This document shows, one piece after another, positions 59,597 to 64,000 of a DNA stretch of 64,000 nucleotides. A program made the translations under genes and the position numbers. Numbering within the stretch: the stretch's first letter is position 1; every line of letters starts with the position of its first letter. Under the pieces are notes generated by a model. It did no database searches. It saw nothing but the letters and a program-made list of their open reading frames with translations, and had not been told where the DNA came from. The DNA lies in the NCBI GenBank assembly GCA_963781885.1, contig CAWAHW010000004.1:416001-480000 (forward strand), in the 5' to 3' direction. Source of the DNA: an uncultured Spirochaetota bacterium (lineage in GTDB: Bacteria; Spirochaetota; Spirochaetia; SZUA-6; Fen-1364).

Positions 59597-60535
59597 TCAG
59601 AGATCCTCGAAGAGCCAGGTGCTGAGGTACCGCTCGCCGGTGTCGGGGAGAACGACGACGATCAGCTTGCCCGCGTTCTCGGGGCGCTTGGCCACCTGGA
59701 TCGCTCCCCAGGCCGCGGCCCCCGAGGAGATGCCCACGAGGAGTCCTTCCTCGCGCGCCAGGCGCCGGGCGGTCTTTCCCGCGTCCTCCTCCTCGATCTT
59801 CACGACCTCGTCGATCAGCTCGCGCCGGAGCACTGCCGGAATGAACCCCGCGCTGATGCCCTGGATCTTATGCGGCGAGTGCGGGCCGTCCCCGGTGAGC
59901 AGAGGCGACTTGAACGGCTCGACGGCGATGATCTTCACGCCGGGCTTCTTCTTCTTGAGAAGCTCCGCGACGCCCGTGATGGTCCCGCCTGTCCCGACGC
60001 CACCCACGAAGATATCGATCTTGCCGTCGGTGTCCTTCCAGATCTCCTCCGCCGTCGTCTTGCGGTGCATCTCGGGGTTGGCGGGGTTCTCGAACTGCTG
60101 CGGCATGTAGGAGTTCGGTGTCTGTTCCAGGATCTCCTTCACCTTCTCGATGGCGCCCTTCATGCCCTGCGGCGCCGGCGTGAGCACGAGCTCGGCGCCT
60201 AGCGCCTTCAACAGCTTCCGGCGCTCGATGCTGAAGCTCTCCGGCATCGCGATGATGCAGCGGTAGCCCTTGACAGCCGCCACGTAGGCGAGCCCGATCC
60301 CCGTGTTGCCGCTCGTCGGCTCGACGATGACGCTGCCCTTTTTCAGGAGACCGCGCTTCTCCGCGTCCTCCACCATCGCCAGGGCGATCCTGTCCTTCAC
60401 GCTCGACAGGGGGTTGCGCGATTCGAGCTTCGCCACGACCTCGGCCTTCGCCCCGTCGGTTACCTTGTTCAGGCGCACGAGGGGCGTGTTGCCGATGAGC
60501 TCAAGAATATTCGATTTGATATTCATTTTCCGCAT
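59597..60535 (-). CDS. cysK: Cysteine synthase A
   Basis: [32 protein letters not shown]. Confidence 0.95.
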   Translation of the reverse strand: MRKMNIKSNILELIGNTPLVRLNKVTDGAKAEVVAKLESRNPLSSVKDRIALAMVEDAEKRGLLKKGSVIVEPTSGNTGIGLAYVAAVKGYRCIIAMPESFSIERRKLLKALGAELVLTPAPQGMKGAIEKVKEILEQTPNSYMPQQFENPANPEMHRKTTAEEIWKDTDGKIDIFVGGVGTGGTITGVAELLKKKKPGVKIIAVEPFKSPLLTGDGPHSPHKIQGISAGFIPAVLRRELIDEVVKIEEEDAGKTARRLAREEGLLVGISSGAAAWGAIQVAKRPENAGKLIVVVLPDTGERYLSTWLFEDL

Positions 60536-60540
60536 TCTCC

Positions 60541-61836
60541 TCAGGTCTGTTTCAAAGCCTGATCGATATCGTCCTTGATGTCGTCCACATGTTCAATACC
60601 GATGGAAAGACGCACGAGCTCGGGGCTCAAGCCGCCTTCGCGCTGCTGCTCCTCCGAGAGCTGGGAATGCGACGTGCTCGCGGGGTGCAGGGCGAGGCTC
60701 TTCGCGTCACCGACATTCGCCAGGTGCGACAGGAGCTTCAGGGAGTTGATGAACTTCTCCCCCGCCGCCTTGCCGCCCTTCGTGCCGAACACGACCATGC
60801 CGCCGAACCCGTTTTTCAGGTACTTGCTGGCCACCTTGTAGGTCGGGTCATCGGGCAGACCGGGGTAGCGGACCCAGGAGACCTTCGGGTGCTTCTTCAG
60901 CCACTGCGCGATCTCCAGGGCATTGCTGGAATGCCGCGCCATGCGCACGGGAAGGCTCTCCACGCCCTGGATGAAGATCCATGCGTTGTCGGGAGAGATG
61001 GCAGATCCGAGGTTGCGCAGGGGCACGGTGCGCAGACGCAGCGCGAAGGCGATGGGTGCAAGCGCGGCCGGAAGGTCATGCGCCCACTTCAAGCCGTGGT
61101 AGTTGGGATCGGGATCGTTGAACAGGGAGAACTTCTTGTCCTTCCAGTCGAACTTCCCCGCGTCGGTGACGATGCCGCCTATTGCCGTGCCGTGCCCGCC
61201 GATCCACTTTGTCAGCGAGTTGACCACGATGTCGGCGCCGTGCTCGATGGCGCGGAAAAGAACGGGCGTCGTGAATGTCGCGTCCACGATGAGCGGCAGG
61301 CCGTGCGCGTGCGCGATTTTCGCCACCGCGGGGATGTCGACGAAGTCCAGGGCAGGGTTGCCGATGGTCTCCACGAAGATCGCACGCGTCTTCGGGGTGA
61401 TGGCCTTTTCATAGCCGGCAAGGTCGTCGTGCTTCACGAACCTCGTGGTGATGCCGAACTGCGGGAAAATGGCATCGAACATGGTGTAGGTCCCGCCGTA
61501 GAGGTTGTTCGCCGACACGATCTCGTCCCCCTGCTTTGCAAGGGTGATGATCGCGTAGTGAATGGCAGCGGTTCCCGATGCCACGGCGACCGAGGCTGCG
61601 CCGCCTTCCAGCAAGGTTATTCTCTGCTCCAGCACGTCCTGGGTCGGGTTCATGATGCGGGTGTAGATGTTCCCCAGCTCCTTCAGGGCGAAAAGGTTGG
61701 CCGCCCTTTCCGTGCTCGGGAATACGTACGAGCTGGTACGGTGCACGGGCACACCCCGCGCCGTTGTGGTCGGGTCAACGGTCTGACCCCCGTGTACTGC
61801 CAAGGTTTCCAGCCTCAGCTTCTTCTCGTCGCTCAT
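60541..61836 (-). CDS. metY: O-acetylhomoserine sulfhydrylase
   Basis: [35 protein letters not shown]. Confidence 0.92.
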   Translation of the reverse strand: MSDEKKLRLETLAVHGGQTVDPTTTARGVPVHRTSSYVFPSTERAANLFALKELGNIYTRIMNPTQDVLEQRITLLEGGAASVAVASGTAAIHYAIITLAKQGDEIVSANNLYGGTYTMFDAIFPQFGITTRFVKHDDLAGYEKAITPKTRAIFVETIGNPALDFVDIPAVAKIAHAHGLPLIVDATFTTPVLFRAIEHGADIVVNSLTKWIGGHGTAIGGIVTDAGKFDWKDKKFSLFNDPDPNYHGLKWAHDLPAALAPIAFALRLRTVPLRNLGSAISPDNAWIFIQGVESLPVRMARHSSNALEIAQWLKKHPKVSWVRYPGLPDDPTYKVASKYLKNGFGGMVVFGTKGGKAAGEKFINSLKLLSHLANVGDAKSLALHPASTSHSQLSEEQQREGGLSPELVRLSIGIEHVDDIKDDIDQALKQT

Positions 61837-61861
61837 TCGGTGCTCCTCTCTCGCTCAGCAT

Positions 61862-61955
61862 TTACTACCATTTCGATAGTAATACTATTGATATTAGCAA
61901 AGCCCAAAAATCTTGTCAAGAGACAATTTTACTATTCCTATAGATTAGGTAGTAT
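61862..61955. promoter_or_regulatory. metY promoter (minus, TTGACA-N17-TAATAT) flanked by two putative Rrf2 boxes
   Basis: TTACTA-N9-TAGTAA at 61862-61882 and TTCCTA-N9-TAGTAT at 61935-61955. Confidence 0.6.
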
Positions 61956-62007
61956 TACTTTTTCTCAGGCAAAGAAATGGCTTCGTGACAAGGTGAACGG
62001 AGGGAGA

Positions 62008-63365
62008 ATGGCGGGCATAAAGAACAATGTCCTTGAAGCGATCGGAGGCACGCCGCTCGTTCGACTCAACAATGTGGGCAAGGGCGTGAACGCGACCCTG
62101 CTCGCAAAGGTCGAATACCTGAACCCGGGCGGAAGCGTGAAGGACAGGGTGGCCCTGCAGATGATCGACGTGGCTGAAAGGGAAGGCCTCCTGAAGCCCG
62201 GCGGCACGATCATCGAGGCGACGGCGGGCAACACGGGCGTGGGGCTTGCGCTCGTGGCCGCGACGCGCGGCTATCGCTGCATCTTCGTGCTTCCCGACAA
62301 GATGAGCGAGGACAAAATCAGCCTCCTGCGCGCCTACGGGGCCGAGGTCGTGATCACCCCCACGTCCGTGGCCCCCGATTCACCCGAAAGCTACAACGGA
62401 GTGGCGGACCGGCTGAGCCGCGAGATACCGGGCGCCTTCAGGCCGAACCAGTTCGCCAATCCCCAGAACCCTTTGACGCACTACCGCACGACGGGCCCGG
62501 AGATCTGGGAGGATGCAGGCGGAAAGGTCGACGTCTTCGTTGCCGGCATGGGCACGGGAGGGACCATTTCGGGCACGGGACGCTTCCTGAAGGAAAAGAA
62601 CCCGCGCCTCGTCGTCGTGGGCGCGGACCCCGAGGGGTCGATACTGTCCGGCGACACGCCCCGTCCCTTCAAGGTGGAAGGGATCGGGGAGGACTTCATC
62701 CCCCGCACATTCGACCGCCAGGTGGTGGACGAGATGATACGGGTGAGCGACCGCGATTCGTTCAACGCCGCCCGACGCCTGGCGCGCGAGGAAGCGCTGC
62801 TCGTCGGGGGCTCGGCGGGAACCGCGCTGGCCGCGGCGCTGCGCTACGCGCAGAGGCTCACGGAGCACAAGACAATTGTCGTTCTCCTGCCCGACACCGG
62901 CAGGAACTACCTGTCGAAGATCTTTTCCGATCGCTGGATGCAGGAGAACGGGTTCTGGGAATCGTCGGTGAAGGAGCGAATCACCGTGGGCTCCGTGCTC
63001 GGGGCGCGCAAAAGCCTGCCGGCGATCATCTCCGTGTCGCCGCAGGATACGCTGCAGAAAGCAATCGAGCTTTTCCATACGTACAACATCTCGCAGCTTC
63101 CCGTGCTGGACGGCAATACCTCGGTCGGCAGCCTCCAGGAATCGACGCTGCTTGCAACGGTTTTCGACGGGGTGAACCCCGGTAATCAGCCCGTCGGCGC
63201 GGTCATGGGGAAGCCCCTGCCCACCCTGGACTTCGGCGCGGACATCGGCGAAGCTTACCGCCTGCTCCTGGCCGGCGTGAACGCCGTCATCGCCGCGGAG
63301 AACGGCGTTCCCCGGTCCGTGCTCACGCGCATCGACCTGATCGACTACTACACACGGAGGACCGC

Positions 63366-63369
<4 letters not shown>
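62008..63369 (+). CDS. Cystathionine beta-synthase with C-terminal CBS domains
   Basis: NPGGSVKDR, TAGNTG, VEGIGEDF, PDTGRNYLSK, ISQLPV. Confidence 0.9.

Positions 63370-64000
<631 letters not shown>

Noticed and set aside
60589-62007. N-terminal extension of the 926-aa CBS ORF (likewise 27507-28793 for folC and 44233-45309 for the FAD oxidase)
   Set aside because: Open frames overlapping other genes; true starts lie downstream at an RBS or stop-start overlap
61837-62007. SAM riboswitch, or horizontally acquired AT-rich island
   Set aside because: No SAM-I core; low GC is explained by promoters and operators

Overview
GC-rich bacterial chromosome segment, most consistent with a free-living Spirochaetia genome (inference from the ValS N-terminus, pyruvate kinase tail and gene mix). 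It has about 58 CDS, mostly housekeeping or metabolic: xylB, MoxR-DUF58-vWA, pyk, ABC exporter, dnaK-dnaJ, folC, NFACT/RqcH, pdaD with a deoxyhypusine-synthase-like gene, AmmeMemo A/B, rbsK, valS, leuB, lysA, mnmA and a Cys/Met sulfur cluster. I saw no rRNA, tRNA, transposase, phage genes or CRISPR array. Six genes have single-base frameshifts in short homopolymers, probably long-read errors. The standout is a module at 7464-12380: ECF sigma, a membrane anti-sigma with a DUF4384-like domain, an exported caspase-family protease with beta-helix repeats and a putative beta-barrel, and two small putative outer-membrane proteins. The caspase's post-catalytic loop (TRAKG) and the anti-sigma's juxtamembrane segment (TRLKG) share a motif, suggesting caspase-driven trans-envelope sigma activation. 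A shared G-N-CA-N-N14-(G/C)GTGTT motif precedes four envelope-related genes. Other notable items: an archaeal-like DnaK/DnaJ pair, a HisD paralog with altered metal ligands, an MshEN-like GAF histidine kinase, a macro-Nudix fusion, many apparently leaderless promoters and several REP-like repeat families. All family assignments come from motif recognition by eye; no searches were run.
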